DNA of 62,549 nt, counting the filler, from Dirinaria sp. TL-2023a (taxonomy: Eukaryota), in assembly GCA_051941275.1 (NCBI GenBank). It is 12 parts of 12 records of this genome, joined end to end, with 100 filler letters (N's around TTAATTAATTAA, not from the genome) between each part and the next. Parts side by side here need not be neighbours in the genome. Positions count along the whole stretch, not along the records: positions 1 to 5,154 come from JAVEBF010001712.1; positions 5,255 to 10,393 come from JAVEBF010001713.1; positions 10,494 to 15,629 come from JAVEBF010001714.1; 9 more parts are not named here. One strand, given 5' to 3'. Both the position numbers and the translations under genes were made by a program. Positions 1-12,415 of this stretch are shown piece by piece (within the stretch, counting starts at the first letter, position 1; each line of letters starts with the position of its first letter). The notes below the pieces were generated by a model. It searched no databases. It saw only the letters and a program-made list of their open reading frames with translations, and had not been told where the DNA came from.

Positions 1-660
1 CTACAGTGCAGTACAGCTCACAGCAACCCATATCGCGGATACTACATGGATGCAACCAGTGTGTGCGTACACAGTTTATATATCTTTTGTTTTGACCTTT
101 GAAGGAGAAATGGCTGTGGCGTAAACCAGGTAGATCTCTTACGAGCACTTTTCCCTTTAAGGTGCGCCAAAGCAAATACATTTTGGAAATAATAATGGGC
201 CGTGGCGTTATTGAACGGTTTTCCGCCGTTGCCAATGACGGTATCGGCCGCCTCTCGGCTCTGGCCTTTCGGACTACTTCTTCTAGCCTCCCATTCAGAC
301 AGATTCGAGCCAGGGATTGGCGATGGGACAGGCCCAGGTTGCCTGGTCTGTCGTTGAACTCGTGGCCATGCCGGAAGTTTGTTGCTGCATCCTGCATGCA
401 GCTCGCCAATAGTGTAATTCACCCTCGGTCCATATCCGAATTTTGACAATGAGGTTCTCGTTCTCTTCCCAGCTCGGAGCAACGGATCTCACTCGCCATT
501 CTTTTATATCTCTGCTGTTGTCCATCGATCCTTCATCTTCTGGCTTGCAGCAGTAACCTTCTTTTAGTTGTATGGCTTTTTAATAGATACACGAGTGCTT
601 TGACTCTGATTAGTCTGTCGTTACTATCATTCTCTGTTCACGCCATTCCCTTTCGCAACA

Positions 661-3600
661 ATGAAGTTCTGTACAGTTGCCCTTACGTTCCTTTCATGGA
701 CCATTGCACAGTCCGCCGCAGGCAAGTTGTCTCCAACAGACACCATCACCTGGGGAGGCGACACCAGTCGAAGTGGATACCAATCGTAAGTGGGATTTTG
801 GTTGGCTATCATGTGGCGCATCAGGTCTGGACTGACCACTGATAGAACCCATAATATGGACCCCTCGGTTGTTGGCAGCGCTCAATTCGGTCAGCTATGG
901 AAGGCCAGTCTTCCTGGCAACTACGGCGGATATCTCGAACAAATATACTCACAACCCCTTGTCTATACACTCAACGATGGCAATCAATACGTTTTCATCG
1001 CGACAACACAAAATAATGTTTACAAAATTAATGCTAAAACGGGCACGATTGTTGCTTCAAGGAGCTTGCACATTCCTTTCCTGACTTCGGACCTAAATGG
1101 TTGCGTGGACATTAACCCCACTGTGGGCGTTACGGTAACTATCCTACTCCTTATGGAAAATCTTTACTTACTCGCTAATTTGTTTCGTAGGCTACTGGCG
1201 TGTCAGTGGTTGATTTTCCGAGTCGGTTTTGTTCTGGCTGACAGATTGCAGGATCGATCCAGACACAGATACCTGGTACCTTACAGCGAAGACTTACGCT
1301 GACCAGACCGATAAAGTTAAAGGCCTCGCAAATGGTCGCTATTGGTTCCATGCTATCGACGTCAATACGCTGGCTGAGAAGAGCAACTTTCCCCAACCAC
1401 TCGAGGGTACAACTGCCCGTAACAACCCCAATCGAATGTTTAACGGAGGCATACATCACCAAAGACCTGCGCTTCTGCATACTGGTCAATTTATCTACGC
1501 TGGTTTCGCTTCGCACTGCGTTCAATGGAACTTCACTGGATGGATTATGGGGTGGGATAAAGACACTGGGTCAATGGTAGAACATTACACCATGGAAGGT
1601 GGTAAAGAACCTAACACTGTACCTGGTGGTGGGGTATGGATGTCCGGAGGAGGTCTTGCGACTGATGGCAAGGGCAGCTTGTTTTTCGCCTCTGGTAACG
1701 GCTACTCCTCTCAGCTTTCTGGAACGCCGGTGCCGGGCCGTCAGCCTCCAACCGCACTTGAAGAAGCTGCCGTGAACATGAAGATCAATGATGACGGCAG
1801 CCTTTCCGTGGTGGATTTCTTTATGCCATGGGAAAAAGTCCAGCTCGATGGTGCCGATAAAGGTAAGAGCAAACAGGGCGACTATGCATTGCTTTACTCC
1901 CCACATCGCCAGCGCGTGAACTGGCCTGCAGTCGATTTCGGTCAAAGCTGTCACGTGTGCTGATTGTGTTTCCAGATTTGGGGACCACCCCTTTAGAATT
2001 GCTCCCACCTGATGTCTTTAACTGCCCAAATGTGAAGAGGATGGGCGTTGTCACTGGAAAATCCGGGAAGACGTACATCCTTAACATAGATAACCTGGGT
2101 GGTTACCAAGAAGGGGCCAACAAACTCGACGCTGTTCCTCAAGTCTTCCAGAACGAGAACTCTGTGTACGCCGGAGCGGGTGTGTACCCGCTTGAGGGAG
2201 GCTACATTTACATCAATGTCATCCAGTATTCGACGCATGCTTTCAAATTCTCCTGCGACTCAAATGGAAATCCTCAGTTCACCAAGGTTGCCGACACTCC
2301 AGAGAAGAACGCTTACGTCCTTGGCACAGGCCATGGTACAACAACATCACTTAACGGCCAAGCGGGAACTGGGTTGTATTGGCTGACCGATGTGGATGGC
2401 TACAATCTACGCATCTACAACGCAGTCCCACAGAATGGCGCCCTTCAATTGATCAAGTCCGCGAATATACCTGGAGTAACCAAATTCTCTAGGCCAGTGT
2501 TTGGAGACGCCCGTGCTTACGTAGGGACAAATCAGGGCGCACTATATTGCTTTGGCTCTCCCGTCAATCTTCCTTTTACCTGCAGCTCACCCAACGACTT
2601 CGGGAAGGAGTTGCTCAACAGCACCTCTGCACCAAAGACGATCCAGTGCCAGGCTGGTGTGGATACCCAAGTCACTTCACTGACCCTGAAAGGCAATCCC
2701 AACTTCAAGGTCACCAGCTATCCTACTCTACCTGTATCGGTCAGCAAAGGGCAGAACTTCAGCTTTCAAGCGGTCTTCGTGCCTCAAACTCCTGGTCCCC
2801 TGTCGAGTGATGTAGTGTTGGGCACGGTGAACAGCGTTACAGGCTATTCGGTCTCGACACCCGTCTCGCTCAAGGGCACTGGTGATTCTTTGTCGCCGCT
2901 GCTCGCAGTCTCACCCAACACCGTCAGTTTTTCCGGTGTCATCACTGGTCAAGAAGAGGGCGGTGTGACGCAGTCAATCATCTGGAGCAACGGCGGAGAC
3001 GGAGATCTCCATATTACTAGTATCGGTTACTCGACCATTTCCGAGACTGGTGCATACGTTACACCTAATCAAACTGCACAAGGAGTTCAGGTTGGACCCT
3101 TCACCTTCGAGGGCGTGCCAAGTGTCATTCCTGGCGGTTCTCAAGTCACGGTTAATATCAATTTCAACCCTTCCACAAGTGGCAATTTCGCTGTGTACGT
3201 CACCGTGAAATCCGACGGTGGGACCAAGGTTTTTGATGTTGTTGCGACAGCTGGCACATATCCTAAGGCAGTGCTGGAATTTCAGGCCGCTGATGGCTCT
3301 GGAAAATGGATACCGTATACAAACAACAGTCCTCCATTCACCTTTGGCGATGTCTATGAGCAACACACGAAGAGCCTGAAAATGAGATTGACTAACAATG
3401 GTTCGAGCTCAGCGGCGTCACTCTCAGTCACCGTTTCGAAGCCACCATTTGGCGTTCCAGGTATCATCGGAGCCCAGAATCAAGTGGACTTAGCTGAAGG
3501 CACAGTGCTGGCTGCTGGAGAGTCTGCAACTGCTGTTCTCTACTGTTCGGTACCCCAGTCACAAGTCAACGTAGATACATACAAGGGCACGGCACAGTGG

Positions 3601-5154
3601 ACAATGAATACCGGAGATCCAACTTTCGGCAAGCAATTCATTCAATTCACTTGCAACGCTGTTGCTGAACAGGTGGGTCCTTTAGCCTCAAATGGATCAG
3701 CAATCTACCGATACGACGGATGTTGGAAAGAGAATGATCCAGGGCGGCAGCTCAAAACTCAACTTTGGGGACAAAATCCGAACAACAACAACGGTGATTG
3801 CATAAACGCTTGCGCTGCTAAGGGATACGCCTTGGCTGCTACTGAGTATGAATCAGAATGCTGGTGTGGGACTGTTGAGCCGAAGCATAAAGCTAACGAA
3901 ACTGACTGTAATTATCAATGTACGGGCAACTCTACCCAGACTTGCGGTGGCAACGGTTATTTCCACGATGGATCATACATGAGTCTGTTCAACAATGGTA
4001 ATGGCGTACCCTCGGGGGGCACCGTGACCGATCCTGGTATTGTCAAATCTGCCGGTCCATTTAATTACACTGGATGCTATACGGAGGCCACCGCCGGTCG
4101 CGCACTCAGTGCTAAAGCTATTTCAACCTCCGACATGACAATAGAAAGATGTGCTGGAAATTGCACGGGCTACCAATTATTCGGCGTGGAGTACGGCTCG
4201 GAATGTGAGTTTCGACTCGAATTAGGTTTGTTCTCACACTGACCATGGAATAGGTTATTGTGGCAATTCTCTTGCTGCTGGCAGCGTCAAAGCAGCTGAT
4301 AGCGATTGCGACATGCCATGTCCTGGAAAGACCTCAGAAAATTGCGGAAATGGCGGCCGACTTTCCCTGTATAGCATTGGAGGCAAGTCACCGTCTGGTG
4401 CCTCTGCATCATCCACGTCGAAGCCAGCAGGCGCTCAGTCCTCGACTACGCCACCTTCTTCAAAGTCGACAGGGCCTATTCCGATTCAGAGTGCTGGCAC
4501 TTTCAGTTACCAAGGATGCCTCACAGAAGGCACCAGTGGCCGAGCTCTAGCCGACTCAAGTACCACCAGCAACTCAATGACAATCAGCAAATGCGCTGCG
4601 TTCTGTTCTTCTTATAAGTACATGGGCGTCGAGTATAGCTCTGAATGCTATTGTGCCAATTCTCTCGCCTCCGGAGCAGTCTTGACGAACAGTGGATGTA
4701 CCATGACTTGTAGTGGTGATGCAAACTCTTTGTGCGGGGGCCCCAACAGACTTAGGTACGTTAATTTCTCGTCAGGCTATTCACTATGTCCGGCTTGATG
4801 GCTTGGTGAATTTCTTTTGAAGAGTTGATGCTGGGTCGATGGTTTTTCGACAAGTCCATCATCAATTCGCCATCCCATCGAATAAGCCATGTTGGACAAG
4901 TGCGTTTTCGCTGTCCCAAGCATTTCTGACTGTGTTGCAGCTTCTATGGAAGGAATTCCACTGCTGCATCGACAACCTCAACGTCTTCAACATCTTCGAC
5001 GTCAGCTAAAGCAACTGCAAAGGCAACATCAGGTCCTAGTCCTGTACAGAAAGCCGGCACCTTTGCCTATCAAGGATGTTATTCAGAGGGCACAAACAGT
5101 CGCGCCTTGTCCGACAAGCAGACAGCATTGAGCAGCATGACAATTGAACAATGC
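661..5154 (+). CDS. Secreted multi-WSC domain protein (signal peptide, PQQ-like beta-propeller region, Ig/ASH-like region, at least 4 WSC domains); 3' truncated at contig end
   Basis: ATG 661 gives MKFCTVALTFLSWTIAQSAAG (signal peptide). GT-AG introns join ORFs 790, 1229, 1957 and 4313 and a final exon from about 4942. Repeated WSC motifs (YxGCxxE...C..AC...Y.GVEY.SEC.C) are separated by Ser/Thr-rich linkers. Confidence 0.85.
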
Positions 5155-5254
5155 NNNNNNNNNNNNNNNNNNNNNNNNNNNNNNNNNNNNNNNNNNNNTT
5201 AATTAATTAANNNNNNNNNNNNNNNNNNNNNNNNNNNNNNNNNNNNNNNNNNNN
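5155..5254. other. Artificial contig spacer (44 N + TTAATTAATTAA + 44 N); also at 10394, 15630, 20864, 26088, 31309, 36523, 41735, 46946, 52155 and 57361
   Basis: Identical 100-nt linker with stops in all six frames. The contigs between linkers shrink steadily from 5139 to 5106 nt. Confidence 0.98.
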
Positions 5255-5438
5255 CTCGATCACGACGAATAGTCTCGACATTACGATTTCATACACCACT
5301 TCATGGGCTAGTGAATCCCGTAATATATTTCCCCCCTGAATTCTCGAAAGTCACGGACTTTCCTCGTGAAACGCCACCTCCGCTTTATCCAGAACTCCCC
5401 GCAACGCCAAAATCTTCTGATGAGTCTCTGCTAACTTT

Positions 5439-8400
5439 CTAGTAAAGTGGCCATGTCGGTTCCAGCATATCGAGATCGATACAAGCCTCTTCCCAACGAT
5501 CCTGGTTTCTGTATTCGCAGCCGACAGAATCATCGTCTAACCAATCTTGTCCTTGTTCTTCAGCCAACAAACACCAATATGTAGCCTTTCTCATCGAGAG
5601 CCTCCAGGCCGGCGTAGATCGGACTCGAGCTTCGATGATGCCCTCCCGTAGAAGTTCTACACAGCAATGATTTAGCGCGGCGACCTTCTGGTTCTTGAAG
5701 CGCGATTTTTCCGTAAATTCATCATCATCATCGTCATCAAAGTCCTGGGAGAGAATCGGGGCTTCGGACGTCATTGCGGCGAAGCTCATGCGACTAACAA
5801 TCGCGGCCGCGAGCCAGATCTGCGAGGTGCTTATAACATCCCAAAAAGCGCGTCCCGCAGAGAGTGCATGGGATTTGACGTTAGGCGCGGACATGTAGGA
5901 GATAATGAAGGAAGTGAACTTTTCAAAGCTATCTGGGCTACTTCCCTTGAGGGGTCCTTCGAGCATGGTTTTGAGAGTAGATTTCAATGGATGGAGCATT
6001 CCATCGAAAGCTCTCGAAACTGCGAGGAAGGTAGAATGCATGAGGAACCCAAGGGCTTTTTCGACGGCGGCTGAAACAATCGTGATGTCCGGTATCAAGT
6101 CGCGTTCGTCAGTAATGCGATAGACCAGTTCAGCGAGGTCATATACAACGTCTGCCCCAGAATTACCCATCATCTCCTCTTTGAAGACATCTCCATGCAC
6201 GTATGATTTGATGGCATTGATCAGTCCATCACAGGCGCCTTTGTCAATAAAGTCGATGATCGCAGCGACCTCTACGTCGCTACGGGAGTTCGAATTCTGC
6301 CGTATGTAATCAAAGATATCTTCTCTGATGCCATGCCAGCCGCTCCCGATCATGCCGACGGTGATAGAGTCCCTCAGCGCCTTCCATAATGTGTCCTTGA
6401 TGCTGCTAGATATCCTCAACGAGTCAAGGGTGTCATTCATGTCAATATTTGCATCAGCCAGCCCTAGACTTCGAATTGGTGTAGTTGGATCCACGTCTAG
6501 AGGCTCATTCTGTTCATCCTCTGTCATCCTAGCAGTTTGTTGGGAGAGCTCGTAACCGTTTTGGAGCATCCATTTCCTCCAAAACTGTTTTGTAGATCTT
6601 CCTACACCCTCGTCAATGGCTTTCACAATATAATATAGAGCCATCCCTTCTGGAAGACCCCCTGGTTCGGCATTAAAGTGTTCGGGCCATGCCGTGGAAT
6701 GCGAAGGAATGGCACGATAGTGAGGCTCTATTATTGACATGAAAGTTTCCAAATCAGTCACGTCATTGAATTTCTTTGCTTGAAAAGCTTTGCGCAGCAA
6801 AGATCTTGCAGTTTCAGCGGCGATTTGAAATTGTGCTTGATCACTTGCCAAATTGCGATGCAAGGCGTCTCCAATGATGGTTGGCATGGAATAGTATTGG
6901 CACCATGGATCCCGCTGGCGCTGGAGGAGTCTGCGATTGACCAGCCTGTCCAAGCATCGTTGCAGAACCTGTCTTGGAATGACATGGCTATCTGACCGAC
7001 TCGAGCGCAAGCGCGAAGGAGCCAAGATAACCTCTAATGCCTCCTTCGAGATTTTCCAGCTGCAGAACATGAAAATTTGCTTGATGATCGTCAATTCTGC
7101 CGGATCAAGGTCTTTAATGGCAATGAAAGCCCACTTCAGAGGTTTTGAGTCAACCACTGGGCCAATCAAGCCACTTTCTTCCTCAAGCACGCTTAGGTAG
7201 CTTGGTATCGAAGACGGGGTTGTTGACATCGTGCAAGAAGCGGCGAACACGAGAGCGGCTGGGATGTCACAAAGGTCCCTGATCATAGGCAGTTCAGGGA
7301 GCGACTCTGCCAAAGCTGTGGAGCTGATCATGGGATGGCTACGTGACCAAAAGAGGCTGGTTCCCTCTTCCGTCGTTAAAGGCGGTAAAAGTAGCTTCTC
7401 CATTGGGGACTTGAAACGCAGACTTTCTTGTCTGCTAGTGACAAGTAGCTTGCCCCACGGTATGGGGTTTGGCAAGAGCTTCTGCAGCTCGTCCTCACAG
7501 CGAAGGTCGTCCACAATCAGAAGCCACTTCCCATTTCCTTCGTTCATCAGCCACTCACGCAAGGAAGCATAGTCGCTCCTGAGGTCGCTGCTGTAAAAGT
7601 CAGGGTGGATCTTGCAGCAAGCGTGCTTGATCCAGCTTTGCACCGCATCAGTGCTTTGACCCGAAAGCCAGAATACTGAATGACTTCCCAGCATACAAGT
7701 AGCGAATTCATGCGCGATCTGGGTTTTCCTGCAGAATTGTTAGTCCATGAAAGCACTCGCCAATAATGAGCAATATACCCGGAACCAGCTGGGCCATATA
7801 GCAGCAAGACGAACGAGTCGCTCTTAAGTACGAAATGTTCCAGACTTTGGATCGTGTGCGATTGACCAATGGTTTTTTCTTTCTGACAAAAGTCTACGGT
7901 ATTATACTTCATCAGAGCATTTCGTTCTGTTCTTTCCTCTGCTTGAGGCTTTGGACGTTAGCCAGTGATTCAACCCCAGATCTGCTGGCGTAATTGCTTA
8001 CAGACTCAAAGGCTAATTCATGGCTTTTCGCTGACTGATCTATTGAATCCTGGTGGGGCATCAGAGCATTATCTGCCAGCCTTTTGATTTGAGTAATGAT
8101 ACGCTTGCAATCGTCATCGTCAATGTTCGCGTATTTGCAGATCTGGCGATGGTCCCTATCCAATTCTAAGAGCCGTTCGCGGTGACCTGCAAGTCCAATG
8201 ACCGAAGAACTCGAATCGACAACGACCTATCACACATAGGCTAAGCAGATATAAGCTTGCTCCTAATATCGTGTAGCGACTTACTGTTCTCAGAGGCGCA
8301 CGCAATATACCTTTAGTCTCGACAATACTGAGAAATTCGTAATCCTCGTACTGATGTGCGAAGTCGGCGGTCAGATGGGCTAGGTATTTGGAAGAGCTTT

Positions 8401-9603
8401 TGAGCGTGTCTATCAGATCGTTGCTTCTGTTTCCTGTAAAAAACTTGACGACGTTTGCGGCAGTCTGGCCGAAAGTCGTTCCATTGCCGCCGCGATGCGG
8501 TGTACCAAAAAAGACTATAGCTCTCGTCGACAATCGAATTGAAGCGTATACTCGGTCATTCTGCTTGGCCAAAACAAGCGCCTGAACAAGTCAGACCGTA
8601 ACAAAGACACGTCGGCCTGTGCCTTATGCGCGCGCCATATTGAAGCTTTACCAAGCCTTGACCCTCTCATGAATATCAAAAATAGATGCGTTTTCTAAGG
8701 AAAACGCACGAAAATAAGAGCATGAAGAAGCATAAGCCTCGATAAGAAGGTGTCGAGAAACAGTGGGAGAGAATCTGCAGCCCAGGATGGGCTTAAAGTA
8801 GCCGGTCTCTTTGCTGCTCAAGAGATGCGATGAAAATTCGAGGCGCCATACCTGTTTGATGACTAGACCGCCCAAGCTATGTCCAATGAAGATGATGGGC
8901 AACTGTGCAGAGCCCTTTAAGAACAGTCAGAAAACTAAGGTGATGGATCAAAGTCTGCATTCCTTGTCTTGCCGTTCTGCGAGAAGGAGGTCCAGCAGGG
9001 TGTTGGCATGCTGTCGGACGCCGGACTCGGAAACGTCTACTCCTACGTTCGAATTGTATGCAAATATCATGATTCGCGCATAGCGGATTCTGGTCGGGAG
9101 TATATCCTTAGGCCACATGACACCATCGCCAGTGTCCTTCTGATGCGTCCAGGTTCTCTCTGCATGATTTGGGGTGTTCAGCGGGTTCAATCCGTGAACG
9201 AAGATGATGCTGTGAAGCTGGTCAGTCACGCGAAGCTTTACGAGAATGCCAGCCGTGGCTTTTGCAATGGCTAGGCACTTTATTGTTGATGTCCTTTAAT
9301 AGGATCACCCAATGTCCTTGCGTCATATCATAGCGGGTGCAACTATAGGCATGACCTCGTCGCCCGTGATGGAGTAGGAGAGCACTCACTCTAACTTATG
9401 TGCGTCAGCATGATCATTTAGCACGCTTTGCTGCGGGTACACGGTTCTAAGATATGTAGACTTCTGTTATCTGTCAGCAACGGCTTACATTTACAGATGC
9501 AAAATTGGAATTCGAATCTCGTGCTGGCTGATGTTCAGCCCAGGGCATCGACGCTAAGACCCTTATGCATTCATCAACAAGGACCAAAATCGAAGCTTAC
9601 CAT
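5439..9603 (-). CDS. Fungal NLR: SesB-like alpha/beta hydrolase + NB-ARC + non-repeat helical C-terminal region
   Basis: Model: ATG-only exon 9603-9601; exon 9463-9390 (KSTYLRTVYP...HKLD); IIFVHGL; FIGHSLGG; FFGTPHRG; LDRDHRQICKY; Walker A GPAGSG|KT split by an intron; Walker B WLLIVDD; LLVTSR; stop at 5439. One intron (8962-8915) needs a GA donor. Confidence 0.8.
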
Positions 9604-9999
9604 CGTTGAAGATCAACTGCTCTGATTTAGCGATGACGAAATCAAAAGAATGATTTTTGGGGAAGGCTGAATGCTGGGCCAGGCTTTACGGAAAATTCCT
9701 CGGCGATCTGAGCCTTGTCCCATTGTCAGCAAGTGGCCAACGCGGCTCGCCGAGTCCAGATCCTCGGCCTGCATGTTCAAGGTGGTGTCCTCGCAAAAAA
9801 AAAGTTGTAATAATAGTGATCCTGAGCGACTTCTGCATGGTCTAGGCCGCCACACATCTCGCAAAATGCCCATGCCGCCACGGGACATGGCTTGGATAAT
9901 ATTGTTGGTTGCAATATTCTTGGTCGAATCCCCGCTTTTTAGATGCGCGCACCACACAAAAGTTGGTCCAGACCTGAAAAAGTGAGAATCTCACAGAAT

Positions 10000-10393
10000 A
10001 TCGTACGTAGACCTTCAAATGCTTTCAAGTTAGACAATAAAGATGATGTGTATTTGCGCTTTGTAGTCTGAGATCGTTGTTTGTTCTTCTCATCGTCGAA
10101 TTCTCGTCGTCGTTATGTCTTTCATCTTCGTTGTCATAGGATAAGTCGAGAGTAGTCTGTTCCTAAACTCGCGTCAAGTATAAAATATTAAAAAATTTGT
10201 TATAAGTTGATTAATATGTTGCGAAGGATATAAGGTACTCGATCGGACTTAGCGTCGATTACTTCATTAAATTATTTAATTAGATATAAGATAAATTGAA
10301 TTTGTTAAAATTCAAGAGTAGGAATCAGGAATTGATTCTCAAAATAAAAAGTTAGGAATTAATTATTGAAGTTGAGTAGGAATTGATTCCGGA
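10000..10393. mobile_element. AT-rich degenerate repeat / transposon relic (possibly RIP-mutated)
   Basis: Abrupt shift to AT- and TpA-rich, ORF-free sequence at the contig end, with short AGGAATT(G/A)ATT repeats. Confidence 0.45.
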
Positions 10394-10493
10394 NNNNNNN
10401 NNNNNNNNNNNNNNNNNNNNNNNNNNNNNNNNNNNNNTTAATTAATTAANNNNNNNNNNNNNNNNNNNNNNNNNNNNNNNNNNNNNNNNNNNN

Positions 10494-10648
10494 TAGGTAA
10501 ACCGCAGGGCTCCGGGTAATAGTAATATCGGGTATATAGTAACCCACAATTCCTCGCTTTTCTTATAGGAGGGAGGCAATTAATCACACACATACAAACT
10601 GCCAAACATAGGTGCAATTGACCTCACAAACACCTTCTAAATCTAACA
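10494..10648 (-). mobile_element. Putative insertion (LTR-like start TGTTAG) interrupting the arylsulfatase
   Basis: Sulfatase homology stops right after GKECG. The sequence then starts TGTTAG, contains a TATAAG box, and never gives the expected EEDINIP continuation before the gap. Confidence 0.4.
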
Positions 10649-11830
10649 TATCCACACTCCTTCCCGAGAGGTAATCGGTGCTGGCCGATGTGATAGCCAT
10701 TGTCGGCTGTGTATATATAATATGTATTGTTCAAAATGTCATACTCTTCAAGAAGCGCAAAGACATCATCAACTAGCTCATCGACTGGTTGAACTGCGCG
10801 TAATCTGGATCGCCAGAACTCGTCATTGTACGCCACTTGTTCATCTGACTGTTGGGAAAGGCGACTAATCCAATTGACGCCGCTGGCCTAATTTTACGTC
10901 AACACATACGCCAGAGCTGAGCTTTGCTTGATGTACCTTGTCGGGATTGAAATGTCTTGTTCGCGGTATCCTTTTATCCTTGAATAGATGCTGATGTCTA
11001 GGTGCTGCAACTGGTGGTGTGACAGTGAACTCGGCGCTGGGATCTCCAGGGTTGCCGTCACGCATTTCTACATTACTATGGGGTGCAACGGGTGCTATGA
11101 CCAGGAAAAAGGGTCGGCGAGTCTGAACGGCATCATGCAGGAATCCTTTTGCCTTTTGAGCGAGAATATCTGTTGTATAGTAACCCTCATGACTGATTGG
11201 TGCGTCTCGATTTCGCTGCCAGGAGCTATTCAAGTAAGAATAAGTGTACGGATCCAGAAGAAAATCCGACCCACTCCAGCCTGCGGCGAAGGGCGCATTG
11301 TAGTTTTCGACCGTATGGGCATTGAAAAGCTTGCCAGTGTAGTAGGTTTTGTAGCCAGCTTCTTGCAGCCAGACGGGGAGATACTGGCTATTAAGTCCCT
11401 GGCTCACAAACTTGGGGTATCCTCCTGTTGCAACCGATCATCCCCATTGTGAGAACTCAATTTATTACACGGCATGCGGAAAAGGCTAATGACAAGGCTC
11501 ACCATAGGGAGGGTTAACGTCAGTGACGTTGGTATTGTGAGCGGCTTTGCCAGTCCACAGATTCACGCGTGAAGGGCAGCAGAGAGCTACTGTGCAATAA
11601 TGGTGTTTGAAACTGAGACCTTCGTTGATGAGGTGGTCCTGCACAAATGGCTGATAGGCGATTGAGTCGAGGTGTAAATCTTGATCATACGTAAGGAAGA
11701 AAATAACATTCGGTTGCGATGGCTGCTCAGCTGACAGAGGGATCTGGCGCGGATCACGTGCCAGCACGACAGAAAAAGTCAGCAGCACCCAAGCGCTAAT
11801 AGTTGACCATTTTCCAGATGCGGCACTCAT
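10649..11830 (-). pseudogene. Secreted arylsulfatase (N-acetylglucosamine-6-sulfatase / Ars-1 type), apparently disrupted
   Basis: Signal peptide, CCPSR formylglycine motif, YTGKLFN, PVAPH and YTADNGYHIGQHR. The metal-binding TDDQD motif reads TYDQD, and the C-terminal part is replaced by unrelated sequence. Confidence 0.75.
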
Positions 11831-12415
11831 TTTCTTAGGCCGCGCAATCCAGCTTTTGCCTGTCTGTAATATGAGTTCAACGAATTTCCATCGTCATCAC
11901 AGAATTGTCTATCAAATACAGGAGCGCCGGTGCTTGTCATGCTGCGGAGCGATGTTCAAGCACGCAATCCAAGCACGCAATCGCTGCGCATCCGGCTAGT
12001 TTAACCTGGAATCAAAAGATTTGCGACACCTCTAGACAATCTTTTCAGCTTCGTGGGTGCTCTTTGGGCATGTGGAATGCAGACTTGATCCCTCATTGCA
12101 TTGAGAACGAATCATGCTGTCGATCGGGGCTGGATCCATTTACTCTCTTACTTCAATGCTTGGTCTCTGGAAGTTTTGGCGCTTTTTTCATATCAAAATT
12201 GCTGTGACTGGAACATCTCAAAAAGAAAGAAACCAGACAATGGTATCTTTAGACTTTGTTCGGAAATTTCATCATCGTGCAGCAACCGCACATTCACCTT
12301 ATCTTGCATGAGATTACTACCCGCAGATGTAAACTCTTGAGTCACTGTCCTAGCATCATTGTACACTCTGCGCTGACAAAATTATGCGTCTGCAACCCAA
12401 CTAAAAAGCAGATGT

